Below, one piece after another: positions 1 to 8,906 of a stretch of DNA of 64,000 bases (position 1 is its first letter; every line of letters starts with the position of its first letter). The notes under the pieces are model-generated. The model made no database searches. It was not told the DNA's origin and was given only the letters and a program-made list of their open reading frames with translations. The position numbers and the translations under genes are program-made. Source of the DNA: an uncultured Microthrixaceae bacterium (GTDB lineage Bacteria; Actinomycetota; Acidimicrobiia; Acidimicrobiales; DATDAH01); contig CAVSIG010000005.1 in NCBI GenBank assembly GCA_963728005.1, positions 446,010 through 510,009 on the forward strand, in the 5' to 3' direction.

Positions 1-30
1 CAGGTCCGAGAAGGTCCGAGAGGAAACGCC

Positions 31-996
31 ATGCTGGTCATTCAGCGACCGACCGTCGAGCCCGTCGCGGAGGCCGACGGCAACCGTCAGAAGTTCTCGA
101 TCTGCTCCGCTCGAGCCCGGTTTCGGGCACACGCTGGGCAACTCCCTGCGCCGGACGTTGCTGTCGTCGATCCCCGGAGCGGCCATCACCCAGGTCCGCT
201 TCGACGACGCGCTGCACGAGTTCGACACCATCCAGGGCATCACCGAGGACGTCACCGACATCCTCCTGAACCTGAAGGACGTCGTCGTGGTCTCCCACAG
301 CGACGATCCCGTCGAGGTGCGCCTCGACGTCCGGGGTGCGGCCGACATCACCGGCCGCCGACCTCGAGACCAACCCCGACGTGGAGGTCCTCAACAAGGA
401 CCTGCACATCGCCACCCTCAACACGAAGGCCCGGCTGGCGCTGGACCTGACCATCGAGAAGGGCCGTGGCTACCGCTCGGGCGACCGCGACGCCGAGGAG
501 ACCACCATCGGGATCATCCCGCTGGACGCCATCTACTCGCCGGTGCGGCGCGTGACCTTCGAGGTCGAGGCCACCCGCGTCGAGCAGGAGACCGCCTACG
601 ACGCGCCTCATCCTCGACATCGAGACCGACGGCTCCATCAGCCCCCGCGAGGCCCTCGCCTCGGCCGGCGGCACGCTGCGGGCACTCGTCGCGCTGGTCG
701 AGGAGGTCTCCGACGAGCCCCAGGGCCTGGAGCTCACCGAGGCCGGCCCCCAGGCCGCCGGTTCGCCGGACCTGGACCTGCCCATCGAGGACCTCGATCT
801 CTCCGAGCGCCCCCGCAACTGCCTCAAGCGGGCCCAGGTCAACACCGTGGGCGAGCTGCTCGAGAAGTCCGAGGACGACCTGCTGGCCATCACCAACTTC
901 GGCCAGAAGTCCCTCGACGAGGTCATCGCCAAGCTGGACGAGCGTGGCCTGACCCTGAAGGGCGGCCCGGCCACCACCATCCCGCAGCCCGACTGA
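31..996 (+). pseudogene. rpoA: DNA-directed RNA polymerase alpha subunit. The reading frame is broken by three +1 single-base insertions (~103, ~353, ~603). Probably an assembly or sequencing artefact rather than a dead gene.
   Basis: [12 protein letters not shown]...QKFSI (frame 1) continues as [35 protein letters not shown] (frame 2). It then continues as [22 protein letters not shown]...[11 protein letters not shown] (frame 0) and [10 protein letters not shown]...[19 protein letters not shown]...TGA at 994-996 (frame 1). Followed by rplQ. Confidence 0.9.
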
Positions 997-1006
997 GGTC
1001 GTTCCG

Positions 1007-1357
1007 ATGCCCACCCCACGCAAGAGCCGCCGCTTCGGCGGCAGCGCCTCGCACCAGAAGGCGATGATGGCCAACCTGGCCGCCTCGCTGTTCGCCGCCG
1101 AGGCCATCGTGACGACCGAGGCCAAGGCCAAGGCCCTGCGCCCCATCGCCGAGAAGCTGATCACCCGCGGTCGCACCGACAGCGTCCACAACCGCCGCAA
1201 GGTCGTGTCCTTCCTGCGGGACGACGAGATGGTCGCCAAGCTCTTCGACGACATCGCCCCCCGCTACGAGGACCGCGCGGGTGGCTACACCCGCATCCTC
1301 AAGCTGGGCCCTCGCCATGGGGACAACGCCCCCATGGCGCGCATCGAGCTGGTCTAG
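1007..1357 (+). CDS. rplQ: 50S ribosomal protein L17
   Basis: 116-aa ORF reading [28 protein letters not shown]...[25 protein letters not shown]. Canonical position after rpoA. Confidence 0.95.
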   Translation: MPTPRKSRRFGGSASHQKAMMANLAASLFAAEAIVTTEAKAKALRPIAEKLITRGRTDSVHNRRKVVSFLRDDEMVAKLFDDIAPRYEDRAGGYTRILKLGPRHGDNAPMARIELV

Positions 1358-1364
1358 CTTCGAG

Positions 1365-1934
1365 GCGGTGCTGCGCCGCCTGATCCTCGTCACGGCGATC
1401 CTCACGGTGGGCTGGCTCGCGCCCACGGCCTGGGGCCAAGAGGCACCGCCGACGACTGCTCCGCCGACGACCGCCGCCGCCGCACCGACGACGGTCCCGC
1501 CGCCGACCACGGTCGCCGAGTCCGCCGCCCCGGAGGCCCACGGCAACGCCACGCTCGTCCTCACGCAGAGCGAGGGTCTGGTCGACGGGCAGACCGTCGG
1601 CCTCGCCGGCTCGGGCTACCCGGCGAACATGGGCGAGTGGGGCCTCTGGATCTGCCCGGTCGGAGCGAGCGCGATGTCCGCCAGCATCGACCTCGTCGCC
1701 TCGTGTGGCTCCGCCGAGGAGATCACGGCCTCGACCGACGGCGCCGGGAACCTCTCGGGCAGCTTCGTCGCCCAGCGGGTCGTCGAGCAGCAGAACCGAG
1801 GCTTCACGGAGCTCGACTGCGGGGTCAGCGGCTGCGAGGTGTTCATGGTCGGCGGCAACCACCTCTACTTCGAGGCCGCAACCGTGATCACCTTCGCCGA
1901 CGTGATCGCCGCCAGCCCGGGCTTCACGGGCTGA
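1365..1934 (+). CDS. Secreted protein with a signal peptide, a Pro/Thr-rich linker and a neocarzinostatin-like beta-sandwich domain
   Basis: GTG at 1365 gives VLRRLILVTAILTVGWLAPTAWG (signal-like), then a PPTTAPPTTAAAAPTTVPPPTT linker. This is followed by LVDGQTVGLAGSGYPAN...CGSAEE...DCGVSGCEVFMVGG (paired Cys, NCS-family-like pattern). The start codon is an inference. Confidence 0.6.
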   Translation, partial: AVLRRLILVTAILTVGWLAPTAWGQEAPPTTAPPTTAAAAPTTVPPPTTVAESAAPEAHGNATLVLTQSEGLVDGQTVGLAGSGYPANMGEWGLWICPVGASAMSASIDLVASCGSAEEITASTDGAGNLSGSFVAQRVVEQQNRGFTELDCGVSGCEVFMVGGNHLYFEAATVITFADVIAASPGFTG

Positions 1935-1956
1935 CCGACCCGTAGCCTCCGAGGCC

Positions 1957-2760
1957 GTGACCCTGTTCGAGGTCGAGCCGGTCGACCCCCGCTTCGAAGC
2001 GGACACGACCCGGGTGAAGCTCACCGTCGCCTACGACGGGAGCGGGTTCCACGGCTTCTGGCCCAACGACGGGGTCACGACGGTCGGCGGGACGCTCCAG
2101 GAGGCCATCGAGCAGGTCCTCACCCATTCGATCGAGATGACGTGCGCCGGGCGCACCGACACCGGGGTGCACGCCTGGGGGCAGGTCGTCACCTTCGACG
2201 CGTTCACGGAGACGCTCGACCTCGAGCGGCTCCAGCAGTCGGTGAACAAGGTCTGCGGGCCGGCGGTCGTCGTACGCGAGGCGGTGGCCGTCGACCCGGA
2301 CGTCGACGCCCGTGGCTCGGCGACGGCCCGGACCTACCGGTACTCCGTCCTCAACCGGCCGTTCCCCGACCCGTTCCTCCACGCAACCTCGTGGCACGTG
2401 AGCGCCCCCCTCGACCTGCGGGCCATGACCCAGGCCTGCGACCCGCTCATCGGATCGCACGACTTCTCCAGCTTCTGCCGTCGGCCGAAGGTGCCCGAGG
2501 GCCAGCCGCCCGTGTCTCTCACCCGCAGGGTGACCGACGCCCACTGGGACGACCTCGGTGGCGGCCTCCTGCGCTTCGAGATCACCGCCAACGCCTTCTG
2601 CCACCAGATGGTGCGGTCCATCGTCGGCCTCCTGGTCGACGTCGGACGGGGCCGCTCCCGGGCGGGCGACGTGCTGGCCATCATCCGGGCGCAGGACCGG
2701 CACGCGGCCCCTTCCCCCGCTCCGCCACAGGGCCTCTGCCTGTGGTCGGTGAGCTACTGA
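1957..2760 (+). CDS. truA: tRNA pseudouridine(38-40) synthase
   Basis: [15 protein letters not shown]...[19 protein letters not shown] motif. Conserved position after rplQ. Confidence 0.9.
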   Translation: MTLFEVEPVDPRFEADTTRVKLTVAYDGSGFHGFWPNDGVTTVGGTLQEAIEQVLTHSIEMTCAGRTDTGVHAWGQVVTFDAFTETLDLERLQQSVNKVCGPAVVVREAVAVDPDVDARGSATARTYRYSVLNRPFPDPFLHATSWHVSAPLDLRAMTQACDPLIGSHDFSSFCRRPKVPEGQPPVSLTRRVTDAHWDDLGGGLLRFEITANAFCHQMVRSIVGLLVDVGRGRSRAGDVLAIIRAQDRHAAPSPAPPQGLCLWSVSY

Positions 2761-3318
2761 ATGGAGTCCTTCTTCGCCGCGCTCGGCCTCGTCTTCGTGG
2801 CCGAGCTCGGGGACAAGACCCAGCTCGTCGCGCTCGGCTTCGGCGCCCGCTACCGGCTGGCCCCCGTCCTGGCCGGGGTCGTCGCCGCCTACGCCACCAC
2901 CAACCTGCTGTCCGTCGTCGTCGGCGGCCTGCTGGGAGCCGCCCTGCCGACCCGGGCCATCGGCCTCGGCGGCGGTGTGCTCTTCCTCGGCTTCGCGCTG
3001 TGGACGTTGCGCTCCGACGGCGAGGAGGTGGACGAGGAGGACACCACCGGGGACCGCTCGGTGTTCTGGTCGGTCGCCGTGGCCATGTTCGTGGCCGAGC
3101 TGGGCGACAAGACGATGCTGGCCACCGCCACCCTGGCGGCCCAGGGCAACCCCGTGCTGGTCTGGCTGGGGGCGACCATCGGCATCATCCTGAGCGGGAC
3201 GCTGGGCGTGCTCCTCGGCCGGGCCTTCGGGGCCCGCCTGCCCGAGCGCGCCACCCGCATCGGCTCGGCCGTCCTGTTCGCCGCCTTCGGCCTGGCCCTG
3301 ATCATCACGAATCTCTAG
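2761..3318 (+). CDS. UPF0016 (TMEM165/GDT1) family membrane cation (Mn2+/Ca2+) transporter
   Basis: Two copies of the E-x-G-D-K-T signature ([10 protein letters not shown] and [10 protein letters not shown]) in a 6-TM-like 185-aa protein. ATG directly abuts the truA stop (TGAATG). Confidence 0.85.
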   Translation: MESFFAALGLVFVAELGDKTQLVALGFGARYRLAPVLAGVVAAYATTNLLSVVVGGLLGAALPTRAIGLGGGVLFLGFALWTLRSDGEEVDEEDTTGDRSVFWSVAVAMFVAELGDKTMLATATLAAQGNPVLVWLGATIGIILSGTLGVLLGRAFGARLPERATRIGSAVLFAAFGLALIITNL

Positions 3319-3346
3319 CTCCGCCTGAACGGCGGACGCCCCTGAG

Positions 3347-3375
3347 TTGTGGCCCGACCGGGGCGCTCGTATCGT
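3347..3375 (+). promoter_or_regulatory. Putative sigma-70-type promoter for rplM-rpsI-glmM
   Basis: TTGTGG (3347-3352), 17-nt spacer, TATCGT (3370-3375), ~70 nt upstream of the rplM GTG. The same TATCGT hexamer occurs upstream of groES. Confidence 0.3.
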
Positions 3376-3446
3376 TGTCGGGCGCTGCCGTAGGCCTTCC
3401 TCGCCTGCGCGCGCCTGGTTCCCGAAGCTCGACGACAGGTCTGCCC

Positions 3447-3902
3447 GTGCCCACGTACACCCCGAAAGCCAGCGAGATCGAGCGGTCTTGGCACCTCGTC
3501 GACGCCGAGGGCCTGGTCCTCGGCCGCATGGCCACCGAGGTGGCCCGCCTCCTGCGGGGCAAGCACAAGCCGATCTTCGCCCCGCACATCGACACCGGCG
3601 ATCACGTCGTCGTGATCAACGCCAGCAAGGTCGTCCTCACCGCCGGCAAGGCCGACAAGAAGATCCTCTACCGCCACTCGGGCTACCCCGGCGGCATCAA
3701 GTCCCGCACCTACGCCGAGGCGCTGGAGCGCGACGCGGCCGAGGCCGTGCGCCAGTCGATCGTCGGCATGCTGCCCCACAACCGGCTCGGGCGGCAGATG
3801 GCCACGAAGCTCAAGGTCTACGCCGGCCCCACCCACCCGCACGGTGCCCAGAACCCCCAGCCGCTCGAGCTGGACCACGCCAAGGCCCGTACGGGCGACT
3901 GA
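3447..3902 (+). CDS. rplM: 50S ribosomal protein L13
   Basis: GTG start gives [59 protein letters not shown]. This is the C-terminal part of track ORF 2142..3902. Confidence 0.9.
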   Translation: MPTYTPKASEIERSWHLVDAEGLVLGRMATEVARLLRGKHKPIFAPHIDTGDHVVVINASKVVLTAGKADKKILYRHSGYPGGIKSRTYAEALERDAAEAVRQSIVGMLPHNRLGRQMATKLKVYAGPTHPHGAQNPQPLELDHAKARTGD

Positions 3903-3917
3903 GAAGGAACCCACGCA

Positions 3918-4310
3918 ATGCCCAAGCCCCTCGTCCAGGCCACCGGCCGCCGCAAGCGGTCCATCGCCCGGGTCCGCGTCCATCCCGGCTCCGGTGACGT
4001 GACCGTCAACGGCAAGGCCGCCAAGGACTACTTCCCGTCCGAGAGCCAGGTCGTCCACGCCACCGAGCCCCTGCGCACGGTCACGGTCGAGGAGAGCTAC
4101 GACATCGACGCCAGCATCCAGGGTGGTGGCTTCAGCGGGCAGGCCGGCGCCTTGCGCCTCGGCATCGCCCGGGGCCTCATCGAGCTGCACCCCGACGAGC
4201 GGGCCACGCTCAAGTCCGAGGGCATGCTCACCCGTGACCCGCGGAAGAAGGAGTCCAAGAAGTACGGCCTGAAGAAGGCCCGGAAGGCTCCGCAGTACTC
4301 CAAGCGGTAG
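3918..4310 (+). CDS. rpsI: 30S ribosomal protein S9
   Basis: 130-aa ORF reading ...GRRKRSIARVRV...GGGFSGQAGALRLGIARGL...KKYGLKKARKAPQYSKR. Confidence 0.95.
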   Translation: MPKPLVQATGRRKRSIARVRVHPGSGDVTVNGKAAKDYFPSESQVVHATEPLRTVTVEESYDIDASIQGGGFSGQAGALRLGIARGLIELHPDERATLKSEGMLTRDPRKKESKKYGLKKARKAPQYSKR

Positions 4311-4314
4311 GCGA

Positions 4315-5667
4315 GTGACGCTCCGCTTCGGCACCGACGGTGTCCGGGGCCACGCCGAGAGCGAGCTGACCCCCGAGCTGGTCGTCGCGCTGGGCCGCGC
4401 CGCAGCCCGGGTCCTCGGCGGCGCCCCCGTCGTCATCGGCCGCGACACCCGGGCGTCCGGCTCCCGGCTGGAGGCCGAGCTGGCCGCCGGCCTCGAGGCC
4501 GAAGGCCTGGCCGTCCGCCGCGTCGGCGTCGTGCCCACGCCCGCCGTGGCCCACGCCTCGGCCGTCGACGGGGTGACCGGGGCCATGATCTCGGCGTCCC
4601 ACAACTCCTTCGAGGACAACGGGATCAAGTTCTTCGCCCCCGGTGGCACGAAGCTCAGCGACGAGGTCGAGGAGCGGCTCGAGGCCGAGCTGGACCGGTT
4701 GCTGCACGAGCCGCAGCCCCAGGTCGACGGTGGCACCGACAGCCCGGCCGGCGACGTCGCCGTGGCCAGGGCCTGGGTCGACTCGGTCGTGGCCTCCGTC
4801 CCCGAGGCGGCGCTGGCCGGGCTGACGCTGGTCGTCGACTGCGCCAACGGGGCCGCCTCGGACTGGGCACCGGACGCCCTACGCCGCCTGGGCGCCTCGG
4901 TCGACGTGATCCACGCCGAGCCCGACGGCACCAACATCAACGCCGGGTGCGGCTCGACCCACCCCGAGGACCTACAGGCCCGGGTGATCGAGCTGGGGGC
5001 GGACGCCGGCCTGGCCTTCGACGGGGACGCCGACCGTGTGGTGGCGGTCGACGCCGACGGCGCGCTGGTGGACGGTGATCACCTCATCGCCATCTGCGCA
5101 GCGGACCGCCACCGCCGCGGCGTCCTTGTCGACGACACCGTGGTGGTCACGGTCATGGCCAACCTCGGCTTCCGGCTCGCCATGGACGAGTTGGGCATCC
5201 GTGTGGTGGAGACCGCGGTGGGGGACCGCTACGTGCTGGAGGCGTTGGCCGACGGCGGGTGGACGCTCGGTGGCGAGCAGTCCGGGCACGTGATCTTCCC
5301 CGACCTGGCCACCACCGGCGACGGGCTGCTGACCAGCGTCCAGGTCCTGGCCGCCGTGCAGGCGGCGGGCCAGACCCTGGCCGATGCCGCCTCGGTGATG
5401 ACCTCGCTGCCCCAGGTCCTGCGCAACGTGCGGGTGGCCGAGCGCCGGCCCGACATCGCCGAGCTGTTGGCCGATGCCATCGCCGCCGCCGAGGCCCGCC
5501 TCGGGCCCCGTGGCCGGGTGCTGGTCCGCCCGAGCGGCACCGAGCCCCTGGTGCGGGTCATGGTCGAGGCCGAGGACCTGACGGTGGCCGAGGCCGAAGC
5601 CGACGAGCTGTCGGCGGCCGCCAAGGTGGCGTCGGCCGGGGGTGGGGTGGGCACGACCAGAGCCTGA
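4315..5667 (+). CDS. glmM: Phosphoglucosamine mutase
   Basis: FGTDGVRG, active-site ISASHNSFEDNGIKFF, GDGDADR-type FDGDADR, GEQSGH. Position after rpsI. Confidence 0.92.
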   Translation: MTLRFGTDGVRGHAESELTPELVVALGRAAARVLGGAPVVIGRDTRASGSRLEAELAAGLEAEGLAVRRVGVVPTPAVAHASAVDGVTGAMISASHNSFEDNGIKFFAPGGTKLSDEVEERLEAELDRLLHEPQPQVDGGTDSPAGDVAVARAWVDSVVASVPEAALAGLTLVVDCANGAASDWAPDALRRLGASVDVIHAEPDGTNINAGCGSTHPEDLQARVIELGADAGLAFDGDADRVVAVDADGALVDGDHLIAICAADRHRRGVLVDDTVVVTVMANLGFRLAMDELGIRVVETAVGDRYVLEALADGGWTLGGEQSGHVIFPDLATTGDGLLTSVQVLAAVQAAGQTLADAASVMTSLPQVLRNVRVAERRPDIAELLADAIAAAEARLGPRGRVLVRPSGTEPLVRVMVEAEDLTVAEAEADELSAAAKVASAGGGVGTTRA

Positions 5668-5704
5668 AGGCCTCCCACATCGCCACCAGGTGCCCCGGTG
5701 GGCG

Positions 5705-8104
5705 ATGATCGTCATCGTGGGAGGGCTGCGGGCGGGGGCACGGGGGTACCGCTTCCGCGCCGAGCTGCGGCAACGCCGCTGGGCGTGGGTGGGGGTGGCC
5801 GCCGTCATCGGGCTGTCGGCCGGGCTCGTCCTGGCCCTCGTGGCCGGCGCCCGGCGCTCCGACACCGCCATCGAGCGGTTCGTCGAGGGGGCGAACGCCC
5901 ACGAGGACCTGGTCATCAGCGGCATCCCCGGCACCTTCGACTTCGCCGCCGTCGAGCTGGAACGGGTCGCCGGGCTCCCCGGGGTGGCCGACAGCCAGGA
6001 GGCCATCGTCCTGGCGGGAGCGGGGCGGACGGAGGACGACCTCCTGATCGACTCCAGCACGGTGAACTTCCTGGCCGACCCGTCGGGGCGCATCGGTCGG
6101 GAGCTGAACCGATTCAAGGTGTTGGACGGTCGCCTGGCCGACCCCGACGACCCGCACGAGGTGGTGGCCGCCTTCCGGACCGCCGAGGCCTTCGACCTCG
6201 AGGTCGGGAGCAGGCTTGACGTGAACATGCTCGACGAGCAGGAGCTCCAGGGGATCTTCGGCGGCCAGACCACGTTCGACGAGCTGTCCACGGCTGAGCC
6301 CCGAGAGCGCTTCGAGGTGGTGGGCGTCGTCGTCGAAGCCGGTGGGCTGGCCCCGCCCGCGCCCGACGACACGACCACCCTGTGGCTCACGCCAGCCGCG
6401 GCCGACCAGTTCGGCTCGTCCAGCATCGTGCAGACCCTCCTCGTGCAGCTGGACGGAGGCCCGGAATCCGAAGGCGCCTTCCTCGACGACCTGGAGCGCC
6501 TCGGCGGTGGGCAGCCGGTGCTCACGATCTCCACCCCGGACGACGCCGACAACGCGGACCGTGGCCTGCGGCCGATCGTCCGGGCCTTGGCCCTGACCGC
6601 CCTCCTGCTGGCGGTCGTGACCGCGTTCGTGGTCGGGCAGGTCCTGTCCCGCCAGGCCTCGGCTGAGGCCGGTGACGACCCGGCCCTGCGCGCCCTGGGC
6701 TGGACGACCCGGGACCTCCTGCGCATCCGGACCACGAAGGCGCTCGTCATCGGCTTCGCCTCGGCGGTGATGGCGGTGGTCACCGCCATCGCCCTCTCGC
6801 CGCTGTTCCCGCTCGGCCTGGCCCGCATCGTCGAGCCGGATCCGGGCGTCGACGTCGACGGTGCTGTGCTCGTCGTGGGGGCCGTCGGCGTGCTGGTCCT
6901 GGTCGCGGGCCTGGCGTCGCTGACCGGGTGGTGGGACCTTCGGCGGGCGACCCGGCGTGCGCTGCGCCGGCCCAGCCGCCTCGTGGGGGCCGTCAGCCAG
7001 TCCGGGGCGCCGCCGCCCATCGCCGTCGGCACCAGCCTGGCCGTGCAGGCCGGCGACGCCGGGTCGGCCCCACCCGTCGTGTCGGCGGGCGCCACGGTGG
7101 CCCTGGGCCTCGGCACGGTCGCCGCCGTCCTCGCGTTCATGGCCAGCCTCGGCCACCTGACCGACACCCCGACGCTGTACGGGTGGAACTGGGACATCGA
7201 GCTGGGCCAGGAGTTCTCCACCGAGCTCGAGGACGCCGACGTGGCCTGGCTCGGGGACGACCCGGCGATCGAGGCCCTCGCCGTCGGCACCACCGCGTCG
7301 TTGACCGTGGGCGAGGAGCGCATCGACGCCTACGCGGTGGACGACGTGGTCGGCGCCATCGAGCCGTCGCTGCTGAGCGGGCGGCGGGCGGAGGGTCCCG
7401 ACGAGATCGTGGTCTCGCCTGACGTGGGCGACGTCGGCGACGACGTCACGGTCCAGTTCGCCGGCCAGGTGGCGGACCTGGAGATCGTCGGCCACGCCGC
7501 CGTCCCCCGGGCCCAGGCCCTTCTCACCTTCGAGGGTCTGCAGCGGATCGCCCCCGAGTCGCCCCGCCAGACCGCCCTGGTCGTGCTCCGCGACGGCGCC
7601 GACCAGCGGGCCTTCGTCGACCGGGCCGTCGAGGAGCTCGGCTACACCGGCCAGGACATCGCCACCCCCGAGCTGCCGGACGACCTCGTGAACTTCGGCC
7701 GCGTCGACGCGGCGCCCGCCGTGGTGGCCATTGCGATGAGCATCGTGGCGGTGGCCACGCTTGTCCACGCCCTCGTCACCACCGTCCACCGCCGTCGGCG
7801 TGACCTGGCCGTCCTGCGGGCGTTGGGGCTGACCCGTCGCCAGGTGCTGGCGACCGTCGGTTGGCAGGCGGTGGTGATCGTGGCCGCGGCGGCGATCGTG
7901 GCCGTTCCCCTCGGCGTGGCCGCCGGGCGGTGGGGCTGGATCCTCTTCGCCGACGAGCTGGAGGTCATCAGCCAGCCCGTGGTGCCGGTCCTCGCGCTGC
8001 TCGCCGCGGCCCTGGTGGCCATCGTGCTCGGCGAGGCCGTCGCCCTGGCTGCCGGCCGTTGGTCCGCGGGGCGCTCGGCGGCGGCCACCCTGCGGGCCGA
8101 GTGA
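5705..8104 (+). CDS. FtsX/MacB-like ABC transporter permease (two FtsX modules) with no adjacent ATPase gene
   Basis: ~800 aa with N- and C-terminal 4-TM blocks and large extracytoplasmic domains. Contains RRDLAVLRALGLTRRQVLATVGWQAVVIV. The start (ATG 5705 versus GTG 5642/5690) is uncertain. Confidence 0.75.
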   Translation: MIVIVGGLRAGARGYRFRAELRQRRWAWVGVAAVIGLSAGLVLALVAGARRSDTAIERFVEGANAHEDLVISGIPGTFDFAAVELERVAGLPGVADSQEAIVLAGAGRTEDDLLIDSSTVNFLADPSGRIGRELNRFKVLDGRLADPDDPHEVVAAFRTAEAFDLEVGSRLDVNMLDEQELQGIFGGQTTFDELSTAEPRERFEVVGVVVEAGGLAPPAPDDTTTLWLTPAAADQFGSSSIVQTLLVQLDGGPESEGAFLDDLERLGGGQPVLTISTPDDADNADRGLRPIVRALALTALLLAVVTAFVVGQVLSRQASAEAGDDPALRALGWTTRDLLRIRTTKALVIGFASAVMAVVTAIALSPLFPLGLARIVEPDPGVDVDGAVLVVGAVGVLVLVAGLASLTGWWDLRRATRRALRRPSRLVGAVSQSGAPPPIAVGTSLAVQAGDAGSAPPVVSAGATVALGLGTVAAVLAFMASLGHLTDTPTLYGWNWDIELGQEFSTELEDADVAWLGDDPAIEALAVGTTASLTVGEERIDAYAVDDVVGAIEPSLLSGRRAEGPDEIVVSPDVGDVGDDVTVQFAGQVADLEIVGHAAVPRAQALLTFEGLQRIAPESPRQTALVVLRDGADQRAFVDRAVEELGYTGQDIATPELPDDLVNFGRVDAAPAVVAIAMSIVAVATLVHALVTTVHRRRRDLAVLRALGLTRRQVLATVGWQAVVIVAAAAIVAVPLGVAAGRWGWILFADELEVISQPVVPVLALLAAALVAIVLGEAVALAAGRWSAGRSAAATLRAE

Positions 8105-8129
8105 CCGGGTCAGAGGGTAGGAAAGGGCC

Positions 8130-8864
8130 GTGAGCGAGCCGATGGTGACCGAGCCCGACCAGCCGGCGGTCGCCTGGCGCATCCTCCTGGCGGGCGTGGC
8201 GTTGCTGATGATCCTGCTGGCGCTCGTCATCCAGGCCACCCAGGGGACGGCAATCCCGCCCCTGATCATCGCCGTCGTGTTGCTCGTCGTCGGCCTGGTC
8301 CTGCTGATCCTGCGGCCGAAGATCGGCGCCATCACCGTCGGCGTGGTCTCGGTGCTGATGGTCGTCGGCAACCTGACCTTCGTCCTCGCCGACATCGGGC
8401 ATCCGGAGTCGTTCTGGTCCTTCGTCCCGGCCGCGCTGGCCGTGGTCGGTGCCGTCCTCGGGCTCGCCGGCCTGGTGGCCGTTTTCCGTCACGTCGGCTC
8501 GGGGCCGGCGAGCATCGTCGGCGTGGTGGGCGTCACCGCCGCGGTTGCCGTGCTGGCCGTGGGCGCGGTGAGCAGCGGCGGCCAGGAGGACGATGTGAAG
8601 CAGGAGGGCGACATCGGCATGTTCGCCCAGGACATCGAGTTCAAGCCCGACGACCTCCAGGCCCCGGCCGGCGAGCTGGGTGTCTTCATCGGCAACGACG
8701 ACTTGGTCCGGCACACGTTCACGATCGACGAGCTGGACGTGGACGAGGAGCTCCCGTCGAAGGCCTTCGTGCGGTTCACGTTCGAGGCCGAGCCCGGGAC
8801 CTATGAGTTCTACTGCGACGTCCCCGGCCACGAGGACATGACCGGAACCCTGGTCGTCTCGTAG
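8130..8864 (+). CDS. Polytopic membrane protein with a C-terminal cupredoxin (type-1 copper) domain
   Basis: About 5 hydrophobic helices, then HTFTIDELDV...FTFEAEPGTYEFYCDVPGHEDMTGTLVV (a His...Cys-x2-His-x3-Met copper-ligand pattern). Confidence 0.7.
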   Translation: MSEPMVTEPDQPAVAWRILLAGVALLMILLALVIQATQGTAIPPLIIAVVLLVVGLVLLILRPKIGAITVGVVSVLMVVGNLTFVLADIGHPESFWSFVPAALAVVGAVLGLAGLVAVFRHVGSGPASIVGVVGVTAAVAVLAVGAVSSGGQEDDVKQEGDIGMFAQDIEFKPDDLQAPAGELGVFIGNDDLVRHTFTIDELDVDEELPSKAFVRFTFEAEPGTYEFYCDVPGHEDMTGTLVVS

Positions 8865-8906
8865 TCCCGGCCCCTCCGCGCAGGGCCTTCCTACACTGGT
8901 CCATCC

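Noticed and set aside
2-21. A perfect tandem 10-mer AGGTCCGAGA x2 lies immediately upstream of rpoA.
   Set aside because: It is only two copies at the very window edge, overlaps the likely Shine-Dalgarno region (GAGAGGAAA), and has no context visible upstream. I cannot distinguish chance or slippage from function.
853-1357. The 250-nt periodicity of insertions could continue beyond rpoA position 603.
   Set aside because: The rest of rpoA (604-996) and all of rplQ read through in one frame, so the periodic pattern stops after three events. The indels in nnr and alr are irregularly spaced.
2740-2770. A yybP-ykoY (Mn2+) riboswitch could precede the UPF0016/TMEM165 transporter.
   Set aside because: The transporter ATG directly abuts the truA stop (TGAATG). 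There is no leader in which a riboswitch could sit.
8865-8906. A glmS ribozyme could lie upstream of the glmS-like gene.
   Set aside because: The intergenic space is only 42 nt, far too short for the ~170-nt ribozyme. That RNA is also characteristic of Firmicutes-type glmS leaders.
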